Virus record (IMG/VR): IMGVR_UViG_3300047476_001812
Coordinates: 1-64,000 of that record
Length of the DNA: 64,000 nucleotides
Origin: a virus
Direction: 5' to 3' (one strand)
In this document: piece by piece, positions 1 through 9,940 of the stretch
How positions within the stretch are numbered: the stretch's first letter is position 1
Layout of the letters: each line of letters opens with the position of its first letter
Translations under genes and position numbers: made by a program
Notes under the pieces: model-generated
Database searches by the model: none
What the model was told of the DNA's origin: nothing
The model's input: the letters and a program-made list of their open reading frames with translations, nothing else

Positions 1-125
1 ATCTTTATATTACCAGAAAGTCCACTAATTACTGTATTGCCATTGACGGTAATAACGCCGTTGACAATACTAAAATTGCCGCCGGAGACTTCAAAGGTTT
101 GTCCGTTCACTTTTATTTTGTTCAC
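1..125 (-). CDS. hypothetical phage protein, partial (runs off window start)
   Basis: GTG at 123-125 with GGAG RBS; open frame MNKIKVNGQTFEVSGGNFSIVNGVITVNG...; class A element at 152-175. Confidence 0.65.
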   Translation of the reverse strand, partial: MNKIKVNGQTFEVSGGNFSIVNGVITVNGNTVISGLSGNIK

Positions 126-151
126 TTGAATACTCCACTAATTTATTTACA

Positions 152-175
152 TCATCACTACTAGTGCGTTAGCCC
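152..175 (-). promoter_or_regulatory. class A hairpin element
   Basis: TCAT-N10-GCGTTAGC. Confidence 0.65.
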
Positions 176-214
176 TTACTAGGAATATTATATCAAGGTT
201 TATATAAAAATCCT

Positions 215-514
215 ATGGCTGTTGTGTACAAATGCAATTGTCAAGACAGTGCTAAAAATCGTGATGCCGCTAATAAGATAATTAATTTTGTTCCTTTTGA
301 ATCTGGCTGGGAAAATTCAGAAGGTGGTGCAATACTAGGTCAATGTAAACATATATTGGCTGCCAGAATTATCCGTGGGGAATTAAAAAAAGGGGATATT
401 CCTACTGACCTTCAATTTGAATTTGAAAAGGAAGAAGTTGAGAAGGAAAAATATCAAAAGGGTTATGCGGGAAATTCTTTTATGGGAAACATTAATAAAA
501 TTGGAGGTATATAA
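215..514 (+). CDS. SWIM-type zinc-finger protein
   Basis: CxC...CKH pattern (YKCNC...QCKHI). Confidence 0.6.
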   Translation: MAVVYKCNCQDSAKNRDAANKIINFVPFESGWENSEGGAILGQCKHILAARIIRGELKKGDIPTDLQFEFEKEEVEKEKYQKGYAGNSFMGNINKIGGI

Positions 515-1708
515 ATGGCAGATTATGAAAAGCCTTTAATTCATGTAGTAGACGCTAATGGCAACAAAGTTCCTGCTACTGTTTCTATGCTAACTTCTGG
601 TGGAGGCGGTGGAGGTGGTGGAGGTGGTGATGCAAGTGCAGCTAACCAAGTTATAGGAAATACATCACTAGCAAATATTGACGGTAAGTTGCCTGTATTA
701 GTCAATGGCAAAGTTCCGGTAGATATTGCCAGTCTTAGTGTAACTGTTAATAACGCAAATTTAGAGATTTCTAATGACGTAGGAAATCCTGTACCTGTTA
801 GCGGCACATTTTGGCAAGCAACACAACCTGTAAGTGCTAGTAGTTTACCTTTACCAAGCGGTGCTGCTACTAGTAGTTTGCAGACTACCGCCAATACATC
901 TTTATCTAGTATTGATACCAAGACTCCGGTATTAGGACAAGCGTTAGCTGCAGCTAGTACCCCTGTTGTTTTACCAGCCGCACAAATTACAGCACTTACA
1001 CCACCAACATCTGTTGGTATCAGTGGTACATTACCAGCTTTTGCTGCCACACCTACCTTTACAGCCAATGCTGGTACTAATTTAAACACTTCCTTATTAG
1101 CACTTGAATCGGGTGGCAATTTAGCAAGCATTAATACCAAACTACCTAGCAACCTAACTGTAAGTGCAACCAGGTTATTAGTTGATGGAAGTGGGGTAAC
1201 ACAACCTATAAGCATGGTTAATGCTCCTCTAGGGGTAGGCTATATGTCTACAGTTACGATTACTCGTGCAGCTAACACAACATCTTATACGGCTAATGAT
1301 GTTTATGGGACGGTATTTGAAATAACTAGTGTTGGAGCAAGCGGTGGCTATATATTTTTAGATAGCATTGATATTATGTTTAATATCACAAGCTTACCAA
1401 CTGGCATGGGGGGTTTTTCTGTTTATCTATATTCAAGTTCTCCTCCATCAGCTATTACAGACAACTTACCTTTTTCAGTTAGTAGCGGAGATAGAGCAAG
1501 TCTGATTACAAAACTTGGAATTGACTTAACAGCTTCCCTTGCTAGAGGCGGCGGAACTGTTGTAGCTGAAAGAGTTGATATTAAAAGAGAGATAAAATTA
1601 GCAACTGGCAGCACTTCTCTATGGGCGTATTTAGTGACTTTAGGCGCATTTACTCCTGTTGCTAATAGTGAAACTGCAACTATTACCGTAAGGAGCTTTG
1701 CGCTATGA
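515..1708 (+). CDS. probable tail/virion fibre protein
   Basis: poly-Gly linker, Ser/Thr/Ala-rich shaft, beta-rich C-terminal domain; translationally coupled to neighbours. Confidence 0.55.
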   Translation: MADYEKPLIHVVDANGNKVPATVSMLTSGGGGGGGGGGDASAANQVIGNTSLANIDGKLPVLVNGKVPVDIASLSVTVNNANLEISNDVGNPVPVSGTFWQATQPVSASSLPLPSGAATSSLQTTANTSLSSIDTKTPVLGQALAAASTPVVLPAAQITALTPPTSVGISGTLPAFAATPTFTANAGTNLNTSLLALESGGNLASINTKLPSNLTVSATRLLVDGSGVTQPISMVNAPLGVGYMSTVTITRAANTTSYTANDVYGTVFEITSVGASGGYIFLDSIDIMFNITSLPTGMGGFSVYLYSSSPPSAITDNLPFSVSSGDRASLITKLGIDLTASLARGGGTVVAERVDIKREIKLATGSTSLWAYLVTLGAFTPVANSETATITVRSFAL

Positions 1709-2805
1709 GACCTTCTGCTAGAAAGATGGTTGTGTTTAATAAAAAACGTCCTTCATTTCCTAACTATTACTTTCCCCTAACACCTATTGCTGACTTTATA
1801 GCAGCACGTAGTTATAATTACGGAACTTTGTATAATATAACAACATTCCCTGTATCATCTTATCCTGGAACTGCTGGAATTTTTGGGGGAGTTCTTTTAG
1901 GAGATGGTAGAGTTTTTTGTGTGCCTAGCAACTCAACTAGTGCAAGGATTTACGACCCTGCTAATGATACAGTAACAACTCCATCCGGCTCTTATCCTGG
2001 GAGTGGTGCATTTCGCGGAGGAGTTCTTTTACAAGATGGTAGGGTCTTTTGCGTACCTTTCAACTCAACTACTGCAAGGATTTATGACCCTACTAACGAT
2101 ACAGTAACAACTCCATCAGGTACTTATCCTGGAGCTACTTCATTTGCCGGAGGGGTACTTTTACAAGATGGTAGGGTGTTTTGTGTCCCGTTCAGTTCAA
2201 CTACTGCAAGGATTTATGACCCTGTTACTGACACATTAACGACTCCATCAGGTACTTATCCTGGAAATCTTATTGGTGGGGTACTTTTGTACGATGGTAG
2301 AGTTTTTTGCGTACCTCATAGTTCAAGCACAGCAAGAATTTATGACCCTGTTACTGATACAACAATAACCCCGTCAGGCACTTATCCTGGAAGTGCTTCA
2401 TTTTATGGAGGAGTTCTTTTGTCAGACGGTAGAGTTTTTTGCGTACCTCATAGTTCAAGCACAGCAAGAATTTATGACCCTGTTACTGATACATTGACAA
2501 CTCCGTCAGGCACTTATCCTGGAGCTACTTCATTTGCCGGAGGGGTACTTTTACAAGATGGTAGAGTTTTCTGTGTACCTGCTAATGCATTTGTCGCGAG
2601 GATTTACGACCCTATTACTGATACGTTGACTAACCCATCAGGTACTTATCCTGGGAGTGGTGCATTTGCTGGAGGAGTTCTCTTACAAGATGGTAGAGTT
2701 TTCTGTGTACCTAATAACTCAACTAGTGCAAGGATTTACGGATTACCCTTAAGCGAGAATCTTCCAATGGCTAGAACACATTCTGCTTTCGATAATAAAT
2801 TTTAG
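1705..2805 (+). CDS. seven-repeat beta-propeller (kelch-like) protein, possible receptor-binding protein
   Basis: 7 copies of a ~42-aa unit GGVLLxDGRVFCVP..ARIYDP..TPSGTYPG. Confidence 0.7.
   Translation: MRPSARKMVVFNKKRPSFPNYYFPLTPIADFIAARSYNYGTLYNITTFPVSSYPGTAGIFGGVLLGDGRVFCVPSNSTSARIYDPANDTVTTPSGSYPGSGAFRGGVLLQDGRVFCVPFNSTTARIYDPTNDTVTTPSGTYPGATSFAGGVLLQDGRVFCVPFSSTTARIYDPVTDTLTTPSGTYPGNLIGGVLLYDGRVFCVPHSSSTARIYDPVTDTTITPSGTYPGSASFYGGVLLSDGRVFCVPHSSSTARIYDPVTDTLTTPSGTYPGATSFAGGVLLQDGRVFCVPANAFVARIYDPITDTLTNPSGTYPGSGAFAGGVLLQDGRVFCVPNNSTSARIYGLPLSENLPMARTHSAFDNKF
1886..2740 (+). repeat. seven ~126-bp coding tandem repeats
   Basis: recurring gatggtag(a/g)gt..tt.tg.gt.cc and acttatcctgg. 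Confidence 0.85.
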
Positions 2806-2813
2806 GATTAATT

Positions 2814-3245
2814 ATGAACAAACAAGAATGGCTACTTATTCAAATTGCACAATTTCCTGAATTATCTGCTAGGGAATTAGCTGCTAAATTAAACGATAAA
2901 ATATTAGTAGATAATCCTGAACCTCAGAAAGAATTACCTCTAATGCCTTCTTTGGAAGAAATATTAGAGACAATCACGCCACAAGAACGGTTTGCTATTG
3001 CTGAAACCAAGACTTACGACAGGATTCTAGATGCTGTTAATCAGCAAAAAATTAATTGGATTATAGGCAATTTACAGACTTTAGTGGGTGGTGATGTTTT
3101 GTCTAAAGAAAGTTATGACAGGCTAATTAAACTACTTCAACAAACACAACCAGACCCAAGTTACCAAGGGCAAATTTGGTTAAGTACCGCAGAGTTAGCC
3201 GGGTTTAGTGTTGTACTGGTTAATGAAATTGAAGAGTTAATTTAG
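2814..3245 (+). CDS. hypothetical protein (tail-fibre cluster)
   Basis: 143-aa ORF co-oriented with fibre genes. Confidence 0.6.
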   Translation: MNKQEWLLIQIAQFPELSARELAAKLNDKILVDNPEPQKELPLMPSLEEILETITPQERFAIAETKTYDRILDAVNQQKINWIIGNLQTLVGGDVLSKESYDRLIKLLQQTQPDPSYQGQIWLSTAELAGFSVVLVNEIEELI

Positions 3246-4558
3246 CCTTGGATTATCTTTTCATACTTTAAATTAGCTAATTGATAACTTTTTCCTCCAC
3301 CTTTTGTAGCTCCCCACACTTGATAAATAATATCTTTTTTGGAAAGTCCTTGCATCCGTCTTCTAGTAACACCAAATCTTTCTTCTAGAGTAGGTTCTAA
3401 ATCATCAGAATTTTCTTGAGGTTCTAAAGGTTCTGTGGTTTTTTCTGGTTCTAAATCCATAGAACCCTTGTCATTACTCAATCCGTCCTTTTGACCGGGT
3501 TCAGCGAACCTTGGAACTAACCCTACATAATACTCACCAATAAAGGCAAAACAAATAGGTTGACAGTTATTTCTACTCTCTTCTTTTTTAATATAATATT
3601 GTTCTCTAATATCTTCTTTAATCTTTAAATCAACTATTACTTGAGTACCTGTAATAGCTCTTTCAATTATTCCATAGGCATCTAATTGTCTACCACCTTT
3701 AACATATCTATTTCCTAGAAGAACTACTTTTAACATACTTCTAGAATTGGAATCCATTGACTTAATACCAATAGCTTCAAGATTTAAAGAATGAAGATTA
3801 ACAAAGAATTTCATATTAAATTCTCTACCAATTGTGAGTATATTATAAAGGATAGAGCCAAAGTCTATATCCTCAATTGGTGCATTATCTTCATCAACTT
3901 TTCTTCTAGGTTGTCTAGACTGATGTTTAATTAATGCACTACTGATAGATATCCAGTCATCAAGAATAACTACGTAAGGTGATAAACATCCCCGCTTATC
4001 TTCAGGTAATTTCTTTCTTCTTTTATATTCATCTTTTACCTGCTTGAAAAAGCTTAGGGCTACGTCAATCTCATCCTCATCAAACTGAGTAACATTCCCG
4101 GATTCTCGCAATCCACAAAAACTATCATTCTTAACCGCCAATACTTTAATTACAGCCTTGTCAGAACTCTGTTGGACTTGCCGGATATACTCACGGGTAA
4201 TTGTAGATTTACCAGTTCCAGGGTCGCCACATAAAGCCGTACTCCCGTCTTCTCTAGCTATCCTGCTCAGAAGTTCCGAGATGTCATCAGAGAATTTAAA
4301 GCTATAAGTAGGAATACTTGGAATATCAACTTCCGTTGTAAGTTGAACCGCCGCTTCCGTTTTCACATCGCTTTTTGTTTTGCTAGAAGGTTGGGGAGGA
4401 GGAGTAGAGACTTCCTCCTTTGACCCTCTAATTCTGTTTTTCTCCCAAAGAAATAATCCCCCCACCAAAGAAATAAACCCAGCAAACACTAAACCATCTG
4501 TGTGACGGGGTTGAGGTTGTTGGGTTAAGAGGTAGAGGGATAGGAATTGGGATAGCAT
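3242..4558 (-). CDS. membrane-anchored P-loop ATPase, FtsK/HerA-like
   Basis: N-terminal TM segment, Walker A GDPGTGKS, Walker B VVILDD, downstream GRE motif. Confidence 0.7.
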   Translation of the reverse strand: MLSQFLSLYLLTQQPQPRHTDGLVFAGFISLVGGLFLWEKNRIRGSKEEVSTPPPQPSSKTKSDVKTEAAVQLTTEVDIPSIPTYSFKFSDDISELLSRIAREDGSTALCGDPGTGKSTITREYIRQVQQSSDKAVIKVLAVKNDSFCGLRESGNVTQFDEDEIDVALSFFKQVKDEYKRRKKLPEDKRGCLSPYVVILDDWISISSALIKHQSRQPRRKVDEDNAPIEDIDFGSILYNILTIGREFNMKFFVNLHSLNLEAIGIKSMDSNSRSMLKVVLLGNRYVKGGRQLDAYGIIERAITGTQVIVDLKIKEDIREQYYIKKEESRNNCQPICFAFIGEYYVGLVPRFAEPGQKDGLSNDKGSMDLEPEKTTEPLEPQENSDDLEPTLEERFGVTRRRMQGLSKKDIIYQVWGATKGGGKSYQLANLKYEKIIQG

Positions 4559-4568
4559 TTAATCAACC

Positions 4569-4594
4569 TTACTACTGTTGGGGCAATCGCCCCA
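4569..4594 (-). promoter_or_regulatory. class A hairpin element, AATC-loop variant
   Basis: TTAC-N10 geometry; TGGGGC-AATC-GCCCCA; immediately upstream of ATPase start. Confidence 0.55.
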
Positions 4595-4610
4595 TTAACT
4601 GTGTGCGGGG

Positions 4611-4844
4611 TTATATCCCCAACCTTTGATAAACTTTGTTAACCCCACAGCTCACATTCTTTAAAGCTTGCTGTATTGGCTTAGGGAATAATAAAGCTAT
4701 AGGAGATGGAATTATTAGCCAACCTACTATAAGACCTACCGCTAATGATTTGGGGTTTAAACTTATTAAGAACTTGTAAAAACCAACCGTTCCTACTATA
4801 AATAAATTAGGTTTTACACTTTCTTTTGCATTATTTTCTAACAT
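4611..4844 (-). CDS. small membrane protein
   Basis: hydrophobic LAVGLIVGWLIIPSPIALLF. Confidence 0.65.
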   Translation of the reverse strand: MLENNAKESVKPNLFIVGTVGFYKFLISLNPKSLAVGLIVGWLIIPSPIALLFPKPIQQALKNVSCGVNKVYQRLGI

Positions 4845-4953
4845 ATTCTTGAGTGGTTGAAGTCGTGTAAGCAGCTAGACATAGAGTGTAGTAAATCCCA
4901 AAAAGGGAACTAGCTGCAATGATAATTGATGCAACTAATTTAATTAATCTCAT
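4831..4953 (-). CDS. 40-aa membrane peptide (not in ORF track)
   Basis: MRLIKLVASIIIAASSLFGIYYTLCLAAY...; ATGA overlap with upstream ORF. Confidence 0.6.
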   Translation of the reverse strand: MRLIKLVASIIIAASSLFGIYYTLCLAAYTTSTTQEYVRK

Positions 4954-5111
4954 CTTCTTTTTTTCTTATTCCCAAACATAATTTCAAGGTTGGGCATGGA
5001 GATATTTTTGCCTTTAATTTTGCGGTCTAATTTCTTATTACTTGTTCTATCAAGAGCTAGGAGCAAACCTAGCACACACATTCCTAATGCCAGATAAACT
5101 ATAAATGCCAT
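4950..5111 (-). CDS. 53-aa membrane peptide (not in ORF track)
   Basis: MAFIVYLALGMCVLGLLLAL then basic tail; tightly packed in operon. Confidence 0.6.
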   Translation of the reverse strand: MAFIVYLALGMCVLGLLLALDRTSNKKLDRKIKGKNISMPNLEIMFGNKKKRR

Positions 5112-5115
5112 TTGT

Positions 5116-5634
5116 TCACTTCCTTGGTTCTAATATTGTTGCAAAGAGAAAAAGTATTTCATCAATAAATGCTATAAACAATCCACTAAAAATGCTAGTG
5201 ATATAAGTGGAAATGTCTATTAATTCTTTTTGCCCAAAGTTGGGAATTGCAAATACACCTTTAGTCATTCCCAATGAATTACCAGTAGCCATCCAACTAA
5301 AATGGATAAGGTAGACAGCTAAACCAGCAACTACAATAAGAAACAACTTGGGTAGCATACCACTTTCAAAAGGGGTTACTACCCATTGCTTCCTTTTGTC
5401 TGAATCTACTAGTAGTTCAAACAAGACTTTCTGAGCAAATGCACAACTTACTCCAAAGGCTACAGCCACAAACAATCTAAGGAAGAAATTAGGTGGTTTG
5501 AAAGCATCAAAGGCACGGCTTATTGTAAAGGATGAATCAAGTATCATCCAGCCTGTTGCCACCCAAGTAATTATCACTGGGAATAAATTATTGATGAAAT
5601 CAGGTCTGTGACTACTCCTACTTGTCATAAGCAC
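5116..5634 (-). CDS. polytopic membrane protein (~4 TM)
   Basis: four hydrophobic segments. Confidence 0.7.
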   Translation of the reverse strand: MLMTSRSSHRPDFINNLFPVIITWVATGWMILDSSFTISRAFDAFKPPNFFLRLFVAVAFGVSCAFAQKVLFELLVDSDKRKQWVVTPFESGMLPKLFLIVVAGLAVYLIHFSWMATGNSLGMTKGVFAIPNFGQKELIDISTYITSIFSGLFIAFIDEILFLFATILEPRK

Positions 5635-5845
5635 CTACCTTTTGAACTGGATTATCAGAAACTCTAGATGCTGTTGGTTGTCTAATAGCTGAATAGGAGA
5701 GACTAATAACTAAGATAACTATGCTAATTGCTAATGCGTTAGTCATATTATCTTTGTTAAGAAGACTCCAAAAGTCAGGTTTGTCTATGTTGATGTCAGT
5801 TGTTAATTCCTGTTGTTTATTGTAGACCTGTATGCGCTTTTTCAC
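5618..5845 (-). CDS. small membrane protein
   Basis: ALAISIVILVISLSY segment. Confidence 0.65.
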   Translation of the reverse strand: MKKRIQVYNKQQELTTDINIDKPDFWSLLNKDNMTNALAISIVILVISLSYSAIRQPTASRVSDNPVQKVGAYDK

Positions 5846-6088
5846 TTATTTTAATTCTCCTTTACTCCATTTACCTGCGTAAATTAAACCAGCAAATAAA
5901 ACTATCCCTAGAGGGAATAAAGCTGCACCACCAGTAGCGACTGATATAGATGCAGCGCAATAACTAAGGGTTGCAATGCTACCGCCAATAGAACCCAAAC
6001 CCAATACACCTGCCAAAACATCATTAAACATCTTCTTTTTTCTTTCCTGTATCTCAACATCTGTTAACAGAATTGCAACCATTCGCAA
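5846..6088 (-). CDS. small membrane protein (2 TM)
   Basis: Gly/Ala-rich hydrophobic segments; true start may be downstream. Confidence 0.6.
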   Translation of the reverse strand: MRMVAILLTDVEIQERKKKMFNDVLAGVLGLGSIGGSIATLSYCAASISVATGGAALFPLGIVLFAGLIYAGKWSKGELK

Positions 6089-6108
6089 TTCCTGGGGCGT
6101 TAGACCCT

Positions 6109-6675
6109 CTAGGGTTGATGCCCTAATGCCGCTTGCAATATTTGATTCTTCAAGTCCTGTGAGTTCTGACGGGTAGTTAGGAGACTTTGGGACTGAACCG
6201 CTAATCTCCCTTGCAACTCCCCCAAGAACTTAGAGCGACTCATAGCAGATTGAGATATCTTGACATCAAAAGATTTACGTCTTTCTTGTAATTGCCCAAT
6301 GTCTTTACAGGCTAAATCTGTAATAATTTCTGTGTATACAGCTTTAGCTTGTTGATAGTCACTGACTGCTTGATGGGCAGATTCAACTAATAATTGGTAA
6401 GTTCTTTCATCAGCTAAACTTTCCAGTATAGCATAGTCCAAAGACTCAAGGACTAGCGTAGATTCCCTCACAGCTTCAATAGCATTTTGAGCTTCTTGCT
6501 TGGGTAATCCAACTACTTGCTGATATTCTTGGGAGTGAACATTTAATTGCTCAACAAACTCTTGGGGAAGAATTGTATCGGCTTTCCAAGTAGTTTCAGG
6601 AACAGCCTTGGTCATTTTGTCAATTAACTCCCTAACTGGAGTATTTAAAATCTTCGCTGCATCACTTAACTTCAC
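6109..6675 (-). CDS. hypothetical coiled-coil protein, possible N-terminal HTH
   Basis: MKLSDAAKILNTPVRELI N-terminus. Confidence 0.6.
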   Translation of the reverse strand: MKLSDAAKILNTPVRELIDKMTKAVPETTWKADTILPQEFVEQLNVHSQEYQQVVGLPKQEAQNAIEAVRESTLVLESLDYAILESLADERTYQLLVESAHQAVSDYQQAKAVYTEIITDLACKDIGQLQERRKSFDVKISQSAMSRSKFLGELQGRLAVQSQSLLTTRQNSQDLKNQILQAALGHQP

Positions 6676-6962
6676 TTCTTGTACTCCTCTGCGATTTTAA
6701 TTCTTGCCTTAACTAAAGATTTGGTTTCTCTGACGTATTCCCGTATCTTTTGTAGGGTGGGAATGTGAATTGGTTTAATAGGGGCATTAGATAACCCACC
6801 TTCTAAACCATTAAACACATCAAACCCTGGAATAAATAATCGGGCTATGTTTAAATACTCCTGAACTTGTCTAGCAGACACCGGAGGTACTAACTCCATT
6901 CCTGCTTCTGTCCTGGTGTAAATAGTTGGGGACTCTATTGAATCCCCGTTTATGGCTTTCAT
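6672..6962 (-). CDS. hypothetical protein, first gene of ATPase/membrane operon
   Basis: 96-aa ORF overlapping next gene. Confidence 0.6.
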   Translation of the reverse strand: MKAINGDSIESPTIYTRTEAGMELVPPVSARQVQEYLNIARLFIPGFDVFNGLEGGLSNAPIKPIHIPTLQKIREYVRETKSLVKARIKIAEEYKK

Positions 6963-7061
6963 TGGTTAACAGTTCTCAGCAGTTCTTGGAACTCATAATG
7001 AAAAGATATCTTATGAGTGTGATACTTGTCAAGAGAATAATCACACTCATTTTTTTTAGGT

Positions 7062-7499
7062 TTATCTGTCTAATTGTTCAAAGCGTTGGCTGGTAACCCC
7101 AATGAGTAATTCAGCTACTTTCGTAGAGTAGATTCCAGAAGGGTAGTCTTCTGACTGAGCAAGAAATTTCACTCCCTCTACAACGACCTCAACATAACTC
7201 CAGTCATAGTGTTGAGGGACTAATTTGTCAAACCAAGGATGTTCGGATTCAACCCTAAAGCAAACAGGGTTTATGTATGCTGTTGAGCTTCTGTGGCTAA
7301 GTTCACAACCTGCATCTGTTATTATTCCAGGGATTTCCTGGATGTTAAAACAGGCTGCCTTTACTGTAGCTGTGCCAGCAATACCATCGTCATCCTCTCC
7401 ATCCAACCCTAAGTCAGAAACAGAGACTAAATTAAATCCAATGTTGGATACGTTAACAGGAAAAGTTACATCAGCCAAAGAACCTGTGTAAATAGACAT
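7062..7499 (-). CDS. hypothetical protein
   Basis: AGGAG RBS, class A element upstream. Confidence 0.7.
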   Translation of the reverse strand: MSIYTGSLADVTFPVNVSNIGFNLVSVSDLGLDGEDDDGIAGTATVKAACFNIQEIPGIITDAGCELSHRSSTAYINPVCFRVESEHPWFDKLVPQHYDWSYVEVVVEGVKFLAQSEDYPSGIYSTKVAELLIGVTSQRFEQLDR

Positions 7500-7528
7500 A
7501 ATTCAAACTCCTTTCAATCTTTTTTTTA

Positions 7529-7553
7529 TCACCACAAATAAGGCGTTAGCCTT
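7529..7553 (-). promoter_or_regulatory. class A hairpin element
   Basis: TCAC-N10; AAGGC-GTTA-GCCTT. Confidence 0.75.
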
Positions 7554-7608
7554 GTATTTTTATTCTACAATGGTTAATTCCACAAAGACGTTATAGCGGT
7601 AAAACACT

Positions 7609-7860
7609 GTGAGTAAAAATGTAAAGTTTAAGTCTGTTAATCTACATCCTAGAGTCATAGAGAAAATAGACAGACTACCAGGACATTCTTATACCCAAAG
7701 AATAGAGTGGGCGTTGAATGCCTTGGAAGTTAAAGCTAATACAACAGAAACTAAAATGAGCTATGACGAGTTAATAGATTACGTCATAGCTCAAAGTAAG
7801 ATTCAGTGCAAAGAAAAGGTATTAGGGCTAATTGTGGGATTGCTCAGGTGTTTTCTTTAG
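7609..7860 (+). CDS. small putative DNA-binding protein
   Basis: ribbon-helix-helix-like N-terminus (FKSVNLHPRVIEKID). Confidence 0.45.
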   Translation: MSKNVKFKSVNLHPRVIEKIDRLPGHSYTQRIEWALNALEVKANTTETKMSYDELIDYVIAQSKIQCKEKVLGLIVGLLRCFL

Positions 7861-7864
7861 TAGA

Positions 7865-8098
7865 CTAATCCATTTCATTAAAACATTGAACTTCGCCTAT
7901 TGGCACAAAGACAGTTAACCCATCCTTGTCTTTAAGCCATAGCCCTGAATTAGAGCTAAAGACGTATTCAAAAACATCTCCTATTTCATATCCTGGGGAA
8001 ACTTTTTGATTTAGATGGCTTCTTGATACTCTGTAACTTGCATCTTCAGCACCGCTAGGGGTGATTTTCTTTAAATTGCAGGTTGTTTCAAATTGCAT
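7865..8098 (-). CDS. hypothetical protein
   Basis: GGAG RBS. Confidence 0.6.
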   Translation of the reverse strand: MQFETTCNLKKITPSGAEDASYRVSRSHLNQKVSPGYEIGDVFEYVFSSNSGLWLKDKDGLTVFVPIGEVQCFNEMD

Positions 8099-8236
8099 AA
8101 CTACTCCATTCTGGCTATAAATAATTCGCCAGCCCTAATAGGGAGTATTGTTTGAGGTAATACCTCGGTCGTTTGTTTTGGGCATCTATTAGCTTTAACT
8201 AAATTACCCCACCTAATAGGCATTGCGACATGAGGG

Positions 8237-8572
8237 TTATTCTAACACATCTTCAGACACTTCCTTCAAAACGGATAAGTTGAAGTTTAATTGTTGACCA
8301 TCGGCAGAAGCCATAAAATCTTCTATCTGATTAATTAAGTCTTTGGCATACTTAAAAATGCTTTCACTGTCAGCATAGTCAAACTGGGGATATGTTTCTT
8401 TGGCAAAATAATAGTTGCGCTCTAGGTGAATTAAGTCTATTCCCAAAATGCCCCCGTTAGGACTAAGTAAATAAATAGACCATTCTCGGTATTGCAAATC
8501 TGGTTTACTGTCACTTAGTGGAGCAATACCCATAGAGAATTTATCTCTAATTTGCTTTTCTAGTTCTGTCAT
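8237..8572 (-). CDS. hypothetical protein
   Basis: 111-aa ORF. Confidence 0.6.
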   Translation of the reverse strand: MTELEKQIRDKFSMGIAPLSDSKPDLQYREWSIYLLSPNGGILGIDLIHLERNYYFAKETYPQFDYADSESIFKYAKDLINQIEDFMASADGQQLNFNLSVLKEVSEDVLE

Positions 8573-8850
8573 AACTTTATATTTTGCCCCAATTACTTTT
8601 ATCCGCTACGTCCCAAAATTGACCTCCCGTAATCCCATCGTCAGTGAAAATCAATGTAATTTTTTTGGTTTTTACACTGAAAACTACAAAGTATTTTTTA
8701 TTCCTAATCTTCATTATGTACCTCCAGTTCACGTCTATCCCCCAATTATTGCTAATTGGGGGTGTTCTATAATCTTTTTCAGGAATTAGTCTATAACGGG
8801 CATTTTTGCCTTTATTAAAGGTTAGGGAGTGAAAGTTTGCAGCAGTAGAT

Positions 8851-9415
8851 TTAATCTACTATTAAAATCTCAGCCTCTACCATCAATCTTTCAGCCCATA
8901 AGATAAAAGGCAACATTCCGTCATGGTATGCTTGGGGCGTACCAACAGTTGCATACCAGTTGTCGTAGTCAAGTCTTTCTTTTACGGCTACGCCTTTTAA
9001 GATTTTTATGACTGGACAAGGAAAAGTATCTCCATTTTGGATTATGGCTTCTTTTCTTATATGGAAATCTCCACCTGGACAACCAGGAGATTGCTCCCAA
9101 AGATTACAAGACAAAACCCACTGATGGAGTTCAGGGTATTGAGATAACTCAAACTCGTATTCATTCGCCGCATACCTTCCTTTGTAATGTTTTGCGACGT
9201 TACCTTTGGGGTCGAAAGATACTCCATTAATGGAGATGTGAGTGCATTCTTCTTTAGGTGCGTGTACTTTTTCAATCACTTTCTTGTAACCCCCTTTACC
9301 CATGTGAATGGTGTCAGTCATAAAATTACTATCTGACTGCTTAACTGAAATAGTGTCAGCAACGTAGCGGCTAACTTCAGCATATTTGAAAATGGAAATT
9401 TCTGGATAAATCATC
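8851..9415 (-). CDS. hypothetical protein (start revised to 9415)
   Basis: AGGAG RBS before ATG 9415; the longer ORF would run through the class A element. Confidence 0.65.
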
Positions 9416-9437
9416 TTAACTACTCCTAATTTTACTT

Positions 9438-9462
9438 TCAAAAAACATTCAGGCGTTAGCCT
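9438..9462 (-). promoter_or_regulatory. class A hairpin element
   Basis: TCAA-N11; AGGC-GTTA-GCCT. Confidence 0.7.
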
Positions 9463-9488
9463 TGTTCTTCCCTTGACAAACAACTTAG

Positions 9489-9896
9489 TCAATCAAAAAT
9501 GTCCTGATTAACTAAAATGGGTTCAGCTAAATGGTCAAACTGTTTTAGACAGTCATCCCATGACATTACTTTTTCTGAAGACTGCTCCAACCCATAACCT
9601 TGAGTACCAAATCCAGATGAGCAATAAATAAACTCTTTTGTGAAAGGGTGAAATCTTACACCATGCCAGTAACAGTAGCCAGAAGAAGATTTCTCCTTAA
9701 CCTGACACAAAATTGCTAATGGTGTACAGATTAAATCCTCTTCATCCCTATACTGCCATTCGTACATATAGCATCTGGGAATAAAGTAAGAAATATCCCT
9801 TTGCTCTATTCTTTCAACTTTCCAGTCTTTTGGTAGACTTAAGGTTTCTTTAAGTTGAATTGTATCTTGTCGTTTGATTTCTTCAACGTTTGGCAT
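9489..9896 (-). CDS. hypothetical protein
   Basis: AGGAG RBS; degenerate class A element at 9924-9948. Confidence 0.7.
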   Translation of the reverse strand: MPNVEEIKRQDTIQLKETLSLPKDWKVERIEQRDISYFIPRCYMYEWQYRDEEDLICTPLAILCQVKEKSSSGYCYWHGVRFHPFTKEFIYCSSGFGTQGYGLEQSSEKVMSWDDCLKQFDHLAEPILVNQDIFD

Positions 9897-9940
9897 TTTA
9901 ACTACTCCTAATTAGTTTTACTCTGACCAATGCTAATGCG

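Noticed and set aside
541-1215. Antisense or alternate-frame ORFs (541-1215, 33794-34336, 33882-34274, 41822-42103, 60953-61240 and similar)
   Set aside because: Shadows of well-supported genes with no independent signals.
1886-2740. 126-bp repeats as CRISPR or DGR template/variable repeats
   Set aside because: In-frame protein repeats; differences are not adenine-specific and no reverse transcriptase is present.
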